A stretch of DNA of 64,000 bases, from the NCBI GenBank assembly GCA_965197475.1, contig CBDANF010000003.1, forward strand, positions 1,248,001-1,312,000, written 5' to 3'. The notes below the pieces were generated by a model. It ran no database searches. It had not been told where the DNA came from and saw only the letters and a list, made by a program, of their open reading frames with translations. The position numbers and the translations under genes were made by a program. Positions 31,627 through 41,417 of this stretch are shown in pieces. Positions within the stretch are counted from its first letter, which is position 1; each line of letters starts with the position of its first letter. This DNA comes from Candidatus Poribacteria bacterium (GTDB lineage Bacteria; Poribacteria; WGA-4E; WGA-3G).

Positions 31627-32022
31627 TATAGTGAAATCTAAAAATATGTGCACACTCCCTGGTAGATGCGGTTTGCTAACCGCATCTATGAGACTGAATA
31701 AACACGGTTCGGTTAGGAAACCGAACCTACCGTAGTGTATAAATAATTATACGACTTGTGCCAGTTAACCATTTGTTTTGTTGTTTTTCACAAATATCTA
31801 TTTTAGTTATAAACATATCGTCCCTACGGGACTGGAGAGAGGGTGTCCGATGTTTTTTCTATAAACATATCGTCCCTACGGGACTGAAGAACGTACCGCA
31901 GCTATAAAGTTTAGAAAATATGTTGGACATTTTAGAGAAGCATGGACAAAGGACACTTCATCTGTGAATATTATTGGACAAAAGTTATTTAGCACAACTC
32001 GTTAATTATGGATTTTACTATA
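31627..32022. mobile_element. Outer MITE-like element with an inverted GTAG-REP doublet, interrupted in its right end by a second MITE
   Basis: Left end TATAGTGAAATCTAAAAATATGTGCACACT. Removing 31751..32009 restores the right end AGTGTATAAATAATTATGGATTTTACTATA. REPs at 31661-31687 and 31705-31731. Confidence 0.75.
31751..32002. mobile_element. Inner MITE (AC...GT ends, 7-bp target duplication)
   Basis: Inverted repeats ACGACTTGTGCCAGTTAAC / GTTATTTAGCACAACTCGT (15/19). TAATTAT duplicated at 31744-31750 and 32003-32009. Carries two 27-bp direct repeats (31808, 31860). Confidence 0.8.
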
Positions 32023-32078
32023 ATTTCCAATTCATTGTCCTAATTTCCTTAAAAATCCGACAATTTTCCCAAAATTAC

Positions 32079-32200
32079 CAGGACTTACGCATTTCCTCTT
32101 AAAGTCCCCCTGATAAGGGGATTTAGGGGGTTAAAATACCAAAATTCTGCTTATTTTACCCCCTAACCCCCCCTTATCAAGGGGGAATGTGTAAGTCCTG
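32079..32200. mobile_element. MITE with CAGGACTTAC ends and a 5-bp target duplication
   Basis: Inverted repeats CAGGACTTACGCATT / AATGTGTAAGTCCTG (14/15). ATTAC duplicated at 32074-32078 and 32201-32205. Internal inverted pair of CCCCC...GGGGG hairpins. Confidence 0.85.
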
Positions 32201-32234
32201 ATTACATTAAATTTCAATTTTTTTCATTTTTTGC

Positions 32235-32263
32235 TTGCTTTTTTTTAAAAAATTTGGTATAAT
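32235..32263 (+). promoter_or_regulatory. Sigma70-type promoter
   Basis: TTGCTT-N17-TATAAT with an extended TG. Confidence 0.6.
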
Positions 32264-32431
32264 TAATCGTATTAAGACAATTTTATATTGATTTTACAAT
32301 TATTATTTAATTGGCTTAAAGTGATATAATGCAAGGAATTGCAATAATACTTGGTTTAGATGATCAAATTGTCTTATCCTTTTCAATAGACACCCGCGCC
32401 CGTGGCGTGTCGTAACAGAAGGAGGTCTAAG

Positions 32432-32634
32432 ATGTTCAATAAATGGATACTTGGCGGCGTTGCCTTCCTGATAGTGTTATCCATTGCGTGTGTTTTGTGG
32501 TATCAGCACGACACGGCAGCGTGACAGAACAGGCAGCCGACGTAGCCTCTGCGGCAACCGTAGAGGAATCATTAATTGAAGATAACCCTATAGATAAAAT
32601 GGCGTTACGCGAATCCTTGTTAGACATGAACTGA
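32432..32634 (+). pseudogene. Remnant of a membrane-anchored protein gene
   Basis: AGGAGG site; MFNKWILGGVAFLIVLSIACVLWYQHDTAA then TGA; a protein-like tail continues in another frame (TEQAADV...LDMN). Confidence 0.5.
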
Positions 32635-32687
32635 TAGTTTTCACATCATTATTTAGTTAATATTCTCGCAACTTTGGAGTTCATAAT

Positions 32688-35600
32688 ATGAAAATACACA
32701 TTGTAAATCAAAATAGATTCGTAATCGTTCTACTTGCTATCTTGATAGTTTCCTTTAGCACGTGGGGCATCAGTTATGGGGCAGATTTGGATGTCGGCGA
32801 ACCGCGTACGGTGCGGCTTATCTACTTCTTACCTAACAATCGTACACTTCACACCGAGGCGATTCAGAAATTCAAAGATGAGATTCGTCGTGTTCAGTCC
32901 TTCTACGCTGAGCAGATGCAAGCACACGGATACGGGAATAGGACTTTCCATCTTGAGACTGATGTCCAAGGTGAGCCAATAGTTCATCGTGTAGATGGAC
33001 AATACCCTGAGAACGAGTATAATTTCGGAAGTGTGCTTAACGAGATTGGAAACGTATTTGATCGTAGTCAAAACATTTACCTCATTGTCCTTGGCAATGG
33101 TAAACGTGAATTTGATAATGTTGGTGGACTCGGAAAAAACGACGGAAAAAATAGTGGATGGGCGATGTTTCCGGACTCATATTCGTGGCAAACAGTGGCG
33201 CATGAACTTGGACATGCCTTTGGACTACAGCACGATTTCAGGAACGGAGATTATATCATGTCGTACGGCCCAGGAGAGAATCGGTTATCTGCATGTAGTG
33301 CCGGATATTTGGCTGGGCATCCCTACTTCAACCCCGATATCCCAATTGAGGTAGGACAGTCTCCCACTATTGAACTTATTTCACCGTTGGAATATCCGAC
33401 AGGTTCAAAAAATGTTCCTGTACGACTCAAAATCAGCAGCTCGATAGGGATCCACCAAGTAACCCTATTCGTTAGGACAAGAGAACCAGTTTTCAATGCC
33501 GCCGGAGATCTGGAAGTGAAGGCATGCCGTAGATTAGCAGGTGAAAAAGAGACACTCGTTGAATTTGACTACGATGGCGTTACCCCATCTGATAGCAGGA
33601 CGAGTCTTGTCTATCCTATTTCACATCCAATTTATGCCGAGGTAATGGATGTAAATGGAAATATTGGCAAAATGGATTTTTCACTTGTTAATAACTTGAC
33701 ACACAAATTGGTTATCCAGAGACCGCGGGAGCGTGTGGCAAAGTTCGGCTTTTCTGCGGCATTTTCACCGGATGGAAGGACCCTTGCCTGGGCATTATCA
33801 GATAGGACGATTCGCTTGTGGGACGTTACTACAGGCGAAAATACTGCAACCCTTGTTGGGCATAAAGCGTGGGTATATTCTGTGGCGTTCTCACCTGATG
33901 GTAAAACCCTCGCGTCCGGTTCCTCTCAATGGGATCAGCACACAGTTAGACTGTGGGACGTTGCAACAGAACGAGAAGTCCGGAAAATAAGTCATAGCGG
34001 ACGGGTCGCATCTGTAGCATTTTCACCAGACAGCACAATTCTCGCATCGGCAGCAGGTAATGACGAAACAAAGAACTACACCGTCAAATTATGGGACGTT
34101 GCGACAGGGGAAAATACTGGCACCTTTGCACATACCTTCTCCCCGCGAACCGTAGCGTTCTCACCCGATGGCGCAACGCTCGCTTCAGGAGGATACGATT
34201 TAACTTTCAAACTATGGGATGTGGTGACAAAGGAAAATATCAACACATTTAGACTCAACGCACCGGTTGAATCTATAGCGTTCTCACCCGACGGCACTAC
34301 GCTCGCAGTAGGAGACTGGTATAAGGTAACCCTATGGGACTTTATAGCAGGTAAACAGATCGATACTCTTAACGGACATTCGCTCCTCATCCGTTCTGTG
34401 GCGTTTTCAACAGATGGAATGTTCCTTGCATCGGGATCAGATGAAAAAATCCAGATATGGGACGTGGCAACGCGAATAAATATAGCGACCTATGATAGGA
34501 GCACGTCGGCCACCCTCTCTTCCGTAGAATTTTCACCCGATGACACAACGCTCGCCTTGGCATCAGGAAACACGATTATTCTATGGGATCTATCTGAATT
34601 GAAAAAGACAAGTGCTGAGGCACGAACTGAAATTAACGTTCCCGACCCTAATCTTCGTACCGCGATTGCGACCACACTCGGCCTGCCAGCAAGTGCGCCA
34701 ATCTTGCACGGAAATATGACGGGTCTGAGCAGACTTATTGTAGACAACGCTTCTATTAAGGATTTGACAGGTCTTGAGTTAGCAACTAACCTGATATCCT
34801 TGTCGTTTGTGGGTAACTCGGTATCAGACATCTCTCCTGTGGCGAAATTAACCAACCTAACGTCACTATCGTTTGCGAACAACTCAGTATCGGACATCTC
34901 GCCTGTAGCGAAATTAACCAACCTAACGTCACTATCGTTTGCGAACAACTCAGTATCGGACATCTCGCCTGTAGCGAAATTGACCAACCTAACATCCCTA
35001 TGGTTTAGGAACAACTCGGTATCAGACATCTCGCCTGTAGCGAAATTAACCAACCTAACATCCCTATGGTTTTCGAGCAACTCAGCATCAGACATCTCGC
35101 CTGTAGCGAAATTAACCAACCTATCGTCACTATCGTTTTGGAACAACTCAGTATCAGACATCTCGCCTGTAGCGAAATTAACCAACCTATCGTCACTATG
35201 GTTTGCGGACAACTCGGTATCGGACATCTCGCCTGTAGCGAAATTAACCAACCTAACATCCTTACGGTTTGCGGACAACTCAGTATCGGACATCTCGCCT
35301 TTAGCGAAATTAACCAACCTATCGTCACTATCGTTTGCGCACAACTCAGTATCAGACATCTCGCCTGTAGCGAAATTAACCAACCTAACATCACTATGGT
35401 TTGCGCACAACTCGGTATCAGACATCTCGCCTTTAGCGAAATTAACCAACCTAACATCCCTATGGTTTGAGAACAACTCAGTATCGGACATCTCGCCTTT
35501 AGCGAAATTAACCAACCTAACGTTCCTATGGTTTGAGAACAACTCAGTATCAGACATCTCGCCTTTAGCAGAATTAACCAACCTAACATCCCTACGGTTT

Positions 35601-36689
35601 TGGAACAACTCAGTATCAGACATCTCGCCTCTCGTGGCAAATACGGAACTGGGGAGTGGAGTTAAAATTAATGTGAAAAACAATCCTCTGAGTTACAGAT
35701 CTATCCACACACACATTCCAATTCTACAGGAGAGAGGCGTTATCGTAGAGTTTGATGATCAAGCGCATCCAGCCCTTTTGAAAATATCGGGCGATGACCA
35801 GGAAGGTGCCACCTCTGAACTGCTTTCGGATCCATTGGTCGTTGAAGTACAGGATGAGAACGGTTCTGCGGTCGCAGGGGTTCAAGTGACGTTTACTGTT
35901 ACTACGGGTGGTGGAACGCTTAGTCTTATGAGCACAATGACCGATGAAAACGGTAGGGCGGAAAGTACGCTCAAATTGGGGCAAGATTTGGGAACAAACA
36001 TCGTTAAGGTACTTGCCTCCGGAATTGACAGTTCGGTGATCTTTAGAGCCATCGCTTCTACTGAGCGACCAACGTTTAAAGAAGATGTGAACGGCGACAG
36101 TATAGTGGATATCAGAGATCTGGTACTGGTTGCCACGCAGCTCGGTCAGACAGGCAAAAACAGCGCGGATGTCAATGGTGATGGCATTGTCAACATTCAG
36201 GATCTTGTCTTGGTGGCAGCCGCTTTTGGGAACGTACCCGCTGCATCTACAGTGCGTCCCTACACTAACGAGCTTCTCACTCCAGAAGTTGTGCAGCAGT
36301 GGTTGGATACTGCCAAGCAATTGGCGCATCCTGATGCTACCATGCAACGCGGTATTGCTGTACTGGAGACTCTCCTCATCGCTTTGCTACCTAAAGAGAC
36401 AGCACTTCTACCTAACTATCCAAATCCATTCAATCCAGAGACATGGATACCGTATCAGTTAGCAAACCGTACGGATGTTAGCGTTTCAATCTATTCTATT
36501 GATGGGAAGCTAATCCGAATGCTAAATATAGGGCAACAAGCGGCTGGTGTTTATGAGTCACGAAACCGGGCAGCATATTGGGATGGAAAAAATGAAGCTG
36601 GCGAGTCTGTCGCAAGTGGGATATATTTCTATACGCTCAAAGCAGGCGCGGATTTCACAGCAACACGGAAAATGTTGATTAGGAAGTAA
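32688..36689 (+). CDS. Large secreted multidomain protein: zinc metallopeptidase + WD40 propeller + LRR array + Ig-like + dockerin-like + FlgD/T9SS-like C-terminal domain
   Basis: Signal peptide; AHELGHAFGLQH (HExxHxxGxxH); about 7 WD40 repeats; 13 LRRs; VEVQDENG...FTVTTGGG; DVNGDxxVxIxDLV twice; LLPNYPNPFNPETWIPY...TRKMLIRK. Confidence 0.9.
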   Translation: MKIHIVNQNRFVIVLLAILIVSFSTWGISYGADLDVGEPRTVRLIYFLPNNRTLHTEAIQKFKDEIRRVQSFYAEQMQAHGYGNRTFHLETDVQGEPIVHRVDGQYPENEYNFGSVLNEIGNVFDRSQNIYLIVLGNGKREFDNVGGLGKNDGKNSGWAMFPDSYSWQTVAHELGHAFGLQHDFRNGDYIMSYGPGENRLSACSAGYLAGHPYFNPDIPIEVGQSPTIELISPLEYPTGSKNVPVRLKISSSIGIHQVTLFVRTREPVFNAAGDLEVKACRRLAGEKETLVEFDYDGVTPSDSRTSLVYPISHPIYAEVMDVNGNIGKMDFSLVNNLTHKLVIQRPRERVAKFGFSAAFSPDGRTLAWALSDRTIRLWDVTTGENTATLVGHKAWVYSVAFSPDGKTLASGSSQWDQHTVRLWDVATEREVRKISHSGRVASVAFSPDSTILASAAGNDETKNYTVKLWDVATGENTGTFAHTFSPRTVAFSPDGATLASGGYDLTFKLWDVVTKENINTFRLNAPVESIAFSPDGTTLAVGDWYKVTLWDFIAGKQIDTLNGHSLLIRSVAFSTDGMFLASGSDEKIQIWDVATRINIATYDRSTSATLSSVEFSPDDTTLALASGNTIILWDLSELKKTSAEARTEINVPDPNLRTAIATTLGLPASAPILHGNMTGLSRLIVDNASIKDLTGLELATNLISLSFVGNSVSDISPVAKLTNLTSLSFANNSVSDISPVAKLTNLTSLSFANNSVSDISPVAKLTNLTSLWFRNNSVSDISPVAKLTNLTSLWFSSNSASDISPVAKLTNLSSLSFWNNSVSDISPVAKLTNLSSLWFADNSVSDISPVAKLTNLTSLRFADNSVSDISPLAKLTNLSSLSFAHNSVSDISPVAKLTNLTSLWFAHNSVSDISPLAKLTNLTSLWFENNSVSDISPLAKLTNLTFLWFENNSVSDISPLAELTNLTSLRFWNNSVSDISPLVANTELGSGVKINVKNNPLSYRSIHTHIPILQERGVIVEFDDQAHPALLKISGDDQEGATSELLSDPLVVEVQDENGSAVAGVQVTFTVTTGGGTLSLMSTMTDENGRAESTLKLGQDLGTNIVKVLASGIDSSVIFRAIASTERPTFKEDVNGDSIVDIRDLVLVATQLGQTGKNSADVNGDGIVNIQDLVLVAAAFGNVPAASTVRPYTNELLTPEVVQQWLDTAKQLAHPDATMQRGIAVLETLLIALLPKETALLPNYPNPFNPETWIPYQLANRTDVSVSIYSIDGKLIRMLNIGQQAAGVYESRNRAAYWDGKNEAGESVASGIYFYTLKAGADFTATRKMLIRK
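34782..35639 (+). repeat. Intragenic 66-bp tandem array, 13 units (22-aa internalin-type LRRs)
   Basis: Consensus LTNLTSLxFxxNSVSDISP(V/L)AK with near-identical DNA; the first unit is more diverged. Confidence 0.95.
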
Positions 36690-36860
36690 ACGGGTATTCA
36701 AAAAACGTTCAAAAAAGAGGGTGTTGACTAACTAATGATAGCATAGTTATTACGATTAGAAACTCCTGTCTGTAGCGGTCTATGTTTCGCGAGTTGTTTC
36801 AAATACTATCATTTTAACAATACCCTCAGAACAAAAACTTCATGGAAAGGAAACAGATAT

Positions 36861-37928
36861 ATGGCAATTCCAACTATTCATGTTGGCTGCACGCATTTCG
36901 CACACGGGCGTTTACAAGCACAAGTCAATTCATACGGTCTTGAACCTGTTGCGTGTGTAGACATCAACCTTGAAGCAGCGAAGAGAGGCGTCGAATCAAT
37001 AAATGGTGCCCCCGAAGGTTTGTCAGAACGCATTTATACAACAATTACTGAGGCAAAAGAGAAGCACGACGCAGAAGCGTGTCTGATCTATGCGTCAACA
37101 ACAGTTCACGCGGAACTCATTGTTGAAAGTCTAAACCTTGGTATGCATACGCTCTGTGTCAAACCGATTGCAACGACGCAAGCAGAATTTCGTGACATTA
37201 TCCAAGCACACAAGGCAAACCCTGGTACACTATTGGTGCAGGGACAAAACAAGCGATGGAATCCTGCAGCTGCGAAAATGCGGGAATGGCTCCGCGAAAA
37301 AGATGGTATCGGTGAGATGTTAGGTGGTGAGTGCCGATTCTGGATACGCCAAAACCTATTTACTGGTCCTGATTCACGACAACCCGATGCGTATATTGAT
37401 GGACTTTACTTCCACGCAGGATGTAGTCATCAACTTGACCAACTCGTTGGTGCGAAAGGACTACCTAAATATGTCACCGCGCATGTCCATAACCGTCGTG
37501 ACCCCGCATTAGGACAGATAGAAGCGTGGGGCACAGCAGGTGGAAACGCCTTGATGGAATACGCCAACGGCGCGCCTTTCACGTATGCTGGCACCCGCGC
37601 AGGACACATGGGGGCTTACGGATGGAGCGGCAGTTGGACATTCCATGGTGAAGAGGGAGACTTACGTCGAGATGGCGGACACCTGCAACTTTTCCGGACA
37701 GGAAAAGAGATTGAAAACCTTACACTACAAGACCTTCATGGCGGTTTGATTGAAGATGATAGACTCCAATTTGATGCTTTTGCTGAAGCGATCACCACCG
37801 GAAAAGACCGCGAGTGGATTCAGGATAGCACGCTTGGAACATGGATATTGATGGAAGCGTGCAACGAGTCTGCCCGAACACATGAACGGGTTGATGTAGA
37901 AGCATTTGCACAGAAGATGCTTGCTTAA
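36861..37928 (+). CDS. Gfo/Idh/MocA family oxidoreductase (divergent)
   Basis: VACVDIN; HTLCVKPIA (EKP-like motif); QNKRWNP; HQLD. Confidence 0.75.
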   Translation: MAIPTIHVGCTHFAHGRLQAQVNSYGLEPVACVDINLEAAKRGVESINGAPEGLSERIYTTITEAKEKHDAEACLIYASTTVHAELIVESLNLGMHTLCVKPIATTQAEFRDIIQAHKANPGTLLVQGQNKRWNPAAAKMREWLREKDGIGEMLGGECRFWIRQNLFTGPDSRQPDAYIDGLYFHAGCSHQLDQLVGAKGLPKYVTAHVHNRRDPALGQIEAWGTAGGNALMEYANGAPFTYAGTRAGHMGAYGWSGSWTFHGEEGDLRRDGGHLQLFRTGKEIENLTLQDLHGGLIEDDRLQFDAFAEAITTGKDREWIQDSTLGTWILMEACNESARTHERVDVEAFAQKMLA

Positions 37929-37949
37929 GTTTCAATGGAAATTTAGACA

Positions 37950-39236
37950 ATGAAGTTTTTTAAACTGCTTTTTCTCGCAGTACTCAGCTTATCAGTACTC
38001 ACCGGGTGTGAGAGACAACTTGTATCACCAGTAGCTCCTGCTGATCTCTCGCAAACCACTACACAATTCGCGCAACAGGCACTCTCGGACCTTGCTGACA
38101 CTGCTGCTAAACGCGGATTTGTTGATCTTGCTAACGCTGCAAATGATGTTGCAGAGACACTTGCAATTGATGATGGCACTTCAGTGGAACCAATGTTTTC
38201 AAGGCTTGCAAAACTTGCTGATGCAGTGACTATCTTGGAACATGCATTTGTTGAAGCAGGATGCGAAATTGAATTACAGAAATTTGCTGAAGCATCAATG
38301 GACGCTGTAAAGGCATACACAATAAGGGATGCAGCTGAAATGGAACAGGCATTGCAGAACCTTACTCAAGAAGCTTTAAAAGCGCAAAAGGTATTGCAGC
38401 AGTTGCCTGTTGAAAACGGTTTCATGCCTTTCACATTCGGTTACGGTCCCGCCATAGATGCTACCATAAGTGAGTTTTTTTGTCCCGAACCAGACGATCC
38501 ACTTTATGAGCCTGGTTTAATCTTGATACAGTACGACAGCACAATTCGACCAATGTCTGAAACAAAGACTGCTGTAACTGAATTTTTGGCACTCAAAGGG
38601 TATACAGAGCAAGAAAATGGATTGTCTGGGTACGAGAGAAAAAATTCCTCGTTGTGGTTCCATCTCAAAGAATACACAGCATATATACAATTGGAAAGGG
38701 TATCCAACAATTTTGAGTCTATCGACTTAGGGGCAGATGTCGATCCACTTCTTATTATGGGAGAATTAATGCACATTCCCGGTGTTAATCTTGTGCAACC
38801 CTTTGTCTTTAACGTCATTTTTGAAAAGGTTTTACCACCTGATAGATATTATATAATGCAAGATATGGCAGCAAAATACAATGAAGCATGGTGTCAAGGT
38901 AATTTTGATGTCATAAACAATATGTTAATTGAAAGAATCGATTTAGATTTTTTTGATTATACTTTTGTGCAGAACCTTGCAGACATCTATGCTGAAGAAA
39001 TTCCTGAAACTGCAGAACAAATCCAAATGAATCGTTTTTTTCTCCGCAGGATAGCTGAGTTATTCCTTTATATCTACTTTCTGGATCCGGATAAAAACCT
39101 TGACGAGATAATTAACCGTTTTCGAGAATCTGTTAGAACCAGACACCTGAGTTTTATTGGTCGTAGAACATTTTTTCACTATTACCATACCACTGACTAT
39201 TGGAAGCAACTCGTTAATGATCATTTGAGCAAATAA
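37950..39236 (+). CDS. Hypothetical lipoprotein
   Basis: Lipobox LTGC; 428-aa ORF. Confidence 0.7.
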   Translation: MKFFKLLFLAVLSLSVLTGCERQLVSPVAPADLSQTTTQFAQQALSDLADTAAKRGFVDLANAANDVAETLAIDDGTSVEPMFSRLAKLADAVTILEHAFVEAGCEIELQKFAEASMDAVKAYTIRDAAEMEQALQNLTQEALKAQKVLQQLPVENGFMPFTFGYGPAIDATISEFFCPEPDDPLYEPGLILIQYDSTIRPMSETKTAVTEFLALKGYTEQENGLSGYERKNSSLWFHLKEYTAYIQLERVSNNFESIDLGADVDPLLIMGELMHIPGVNLVQPFVFNVIFEKVLPPDRYYIMQDMAAKYNEAWCQGNFDVINNMLIERIDLDFFDYTFVQNLADIYAEEIPETAEQIQMNRFFLRRIAELFLYIYFLDPDKNLDEIINRFRESVRTRHLSFIGRRTFFHYYHTTDYWKQLVNDHLSK

Positions 39237-39248
39237 TGGAGGTATCAA

Positions 39249-40877
39249 ATGCAATCGCCACACGGCTCAGCATTCCGCCCGTCTGTGATGGGTAGAAACG
39301 GCATGGTTACATCAGGGCACGTGCTTGCTTCACAAACAGGTATACAGACAATGATGGCGGGGGGCAATGCTGTTGACGCTGCGATTGCAACTGCCGCTGC
39401 CCTCGGTGTTGTTGAACCTGCTGGTTCTGGCATCGGTGGAGACGGATTTATCCTCATCTATTGGGCTGAAACAGGGCAAGTTGCAGCTGTGAATGGAACA
39501 GGACCAGTGCCTCGTGCCGCAACGCGCGAGACCTATCTCAAAAACGGCGGCATTCCAATGAAAGGTATGCGGAGTGTTTCTGTGCCAGGACTCGTTGACG
39601 GTTGGCTGCTTGCACACGAACGTTACGGCACACTCAAATTAGAAGATGTTTTCGCACCCGCAATTTCTCTTTGCGAAGATGGGTTTCCAGTGAGCCATAG
39701 ACTCGCCGGTGGTCTGAGAGGTGTGAACGCTGCCTTCGCTGCCGAACCGGATAGCCGCGCTATTTTTACAAACGATGGCGAACCGATCCCCGCAGGTGAA
39801 CTCCTCGCAAATCCTAATCTCGGCACAACCCTCCGCAAAATCGCTAAAGATGGAAGGGAGGTATTCTACGAAGGGGAGATTGCCAAAACCATTGATGAGT
39901 TTGGTCGTGCATACAATGGACTATTAACAGCAGAAGACCTCGCTAACTATCATGCACATTGGGCGGATCCAATACACGTCAACTACCGTGGTTACGAAGT
40001 ATATGAAATGCCTCCGAACTCAAGCGGACATATTCTATTGCAAGAATTGAACATCGTTGAGTTGTTCGATTTACAAACGTTGGGATGCAACACTGCCGAA
40101 AGTGTGCATCTGATGGTTGAAGCGAAAAAACTTGCCTTTGCTGACAGAGAAAAATATATGGCAGATCCTAATTGGGTAGATATTCCGTTAGAAGGGATGC
40201 TATCTAAATCCTACGCTGCTGAACAAGCAAAACGAATTAATTTGGAGAAGGCGGCTGTTGATGTTCCTGCAGGTGGACCAGAAGCACACGAAGATACAAC
40301 ATGTTTCTGCACTGCTGACAGCGCAGGGAATCTGGTTTGTGTGTTACAAAGCATCCAATCAGGTTTCGGTTCCGGCTTAATTGCAGGCGACACTGGCATT
40401 CTGCTAAATAACCGAATGACCTATTGGCATCTGGAAGAGGAACATCCGAACTGCTTAATGCCGGGCAAACGTGTTCGCCATACGATGAATCCTGTGATTG
40501 TGACTAAAGACGGTAAACCTGTGTTAGCGTGTGGAACACCGGGCGCGGATACACAAGTTCAGACGAACCTGCAGTTGGTCACACATGTCCTTGACTTTGG
40601 AATGACACCACAGGAAGCAGTTTCAGCACCGCGCTGGCGCAGTCTCCAGAACCCAATGGAATCCACAATTCCGCATACCTGTTCTAATCACCTTCAGTTA
40701 GAGACACGATTCTCCTCGGATGTCCAAGAGGAATTAGCGAATAGAGGTCATGAACTTCAACTTGTCGGGGATTGGGGCGGTCCAGGAAGTGCACAGATGA
40801 TCAAGGTTCATCCTGAATCGGGTGCGCTTATCGGTGGGTCCGATCCAAGGACCGACGGTTACGCTGTAACTTTTTAA
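39249..40877 (+). CDS. ggt: Gamma-glutamyltransferase
   Basis: GGNAVDAAIA; DTTCFCTADSAGN; GILLNNRM; PGKRVRHTMNP; GSDPRTDG. Confidence 0.9.
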   Translation: MQSPHGSAFRPSVMGRNGMVTSGHVLASQTGIQTMMAGGNAVDAAIATAAALGVVEPAGSGIGGDGFILIYWAETGQVAAVNGTGPVPRAATRETYLKNGGIPMKGMRSVSVPGLVDGWLLAHERYGTLKLEDVFAPAISLCEDGFPVSHRLAGGLRGVNAAFAAEPDSRAIFTNDGEPIPAGELLANPNLGTTLRKIAKDGREVFYEGEIAKTIDEFGRAYNGLLTAEDLANYHAHWADPIHVNYRGYEVYEMPPNSSGHILLQELNIVELFDLQTLGCNTAESVHLMVEAKKLAFADREKYMADPNWVDIPLEGMLSKSYAAEQAKRINLEKAAVDVPAGGPEAHEDTTCFCTADSAGNLVCVLQSIQSGFGSGLIAGDTGILLNNRMTYWHLEEEHPNCLMPGKRVRHTMNPVIVTKDGKPVLACGTPGADTQVQTNLQLVTHVLDFGMTPQEAVSAPRWRSLQNPMESTIPHTCSNHLQLETRFSSDVQEELANRGHELQLVGDWGGPGSAQMIKVHPESGALIGGSDPRTDGYAVTF

Positions 40878-41060
40878 CGTGGGTTAGGCGTTATGTTGTC
40901 TGAATCACCGATTATGCGGATTACACAGATTTCTCGGATTTTGGTGTATTGTATGTGTTGAATGAATTGGATGGATTGTTGGGTTTCGCTTCGCTCTACT
41001 TCATAGGTGTTAATTTTAGGTGTGCAACACTCGTGTTTAGTGTTGATTCGGATTTAGTCA

Positions 41061-41134
41061 GCCCCAGCGGGGCGAAATGTTTATAGAAACGCTGGTGAAC
41101 AACTGTCTTAGCCCCAGCGGGGCGAAATGTTTAT
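41061..41134. repeat. Doublet of REP-like hairpins
   Basis: GCCCCAGCGGGGCGAAATGTTTAT at 41061 and 41111; a similar doublet occurs at 58464 and 58513. Confidence 0.85.
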
Positions 41135-41222
41135 CAATAAATCTTATATTGATGTCTAAGGTGTTTCTATTGACCTTGACTATCACTCAAGAACTCTAAA
41201 AATTGTCTAATGTATACAGTCT

Positions 41223-41362
41223 ATCTCATAAATCGTTAAACACGGTTCTGTTCAGAGGATCCAACTTCATCGTAGGGGCGGGTCTCTGTGCCCGCCCGTT
41301 GTTTCCGTTCTCAAGACATGGCGAAGCACAGAGACCTCGCCCTACATAAGATTTATGAGATA
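41223..41362. mobile_element. MITE-like element enclosing an inverted GTAG-REP pair
   Basis: Perfect 13-bp inverted repeats TATCTCATAAATC / GATTTATGAGATA. Internal GTAGGGGCGGGTCTCTGTGC...GCACAGAGACCTCGCCCTAC (41272-41345). Confidence 0.7.
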
Positions 41363-41417
41363 CGCTCTAGTAATTAAATGTATAGTAATTATAGGTTTTG
41401 TTGTAAACGGAGAAGCA

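Noticed and set aside
31808-31886. Two identical 27-bp repeats with a 25-bp spacer, resembling a mini-CRISPR (similar doublets at 41061, 54480, 58464)
   Set aside because: Only two units per site, dispersed in both orientations and mostly inside MITE shells, related spacers at two sites, and no cas genes. They fit REP-like elements better.
34782-35639. DGR-type adenine mutagenesis as the source of LRR variation (AAC to AGC/GAC/CAC)
   Set aside because: No reverse transcriptase or template repeat in the window, the same variants recur across units as expected from recombination, and neighbouring AAC codons are invariant. A remote DGR cannot be excluded from this window alone.
34490-35683. 397-aa antisense ORF and other long ORFs overlapping the LRR array
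   Set aside because: These are shadow frames produced by a stop-free 66-bp repeat.
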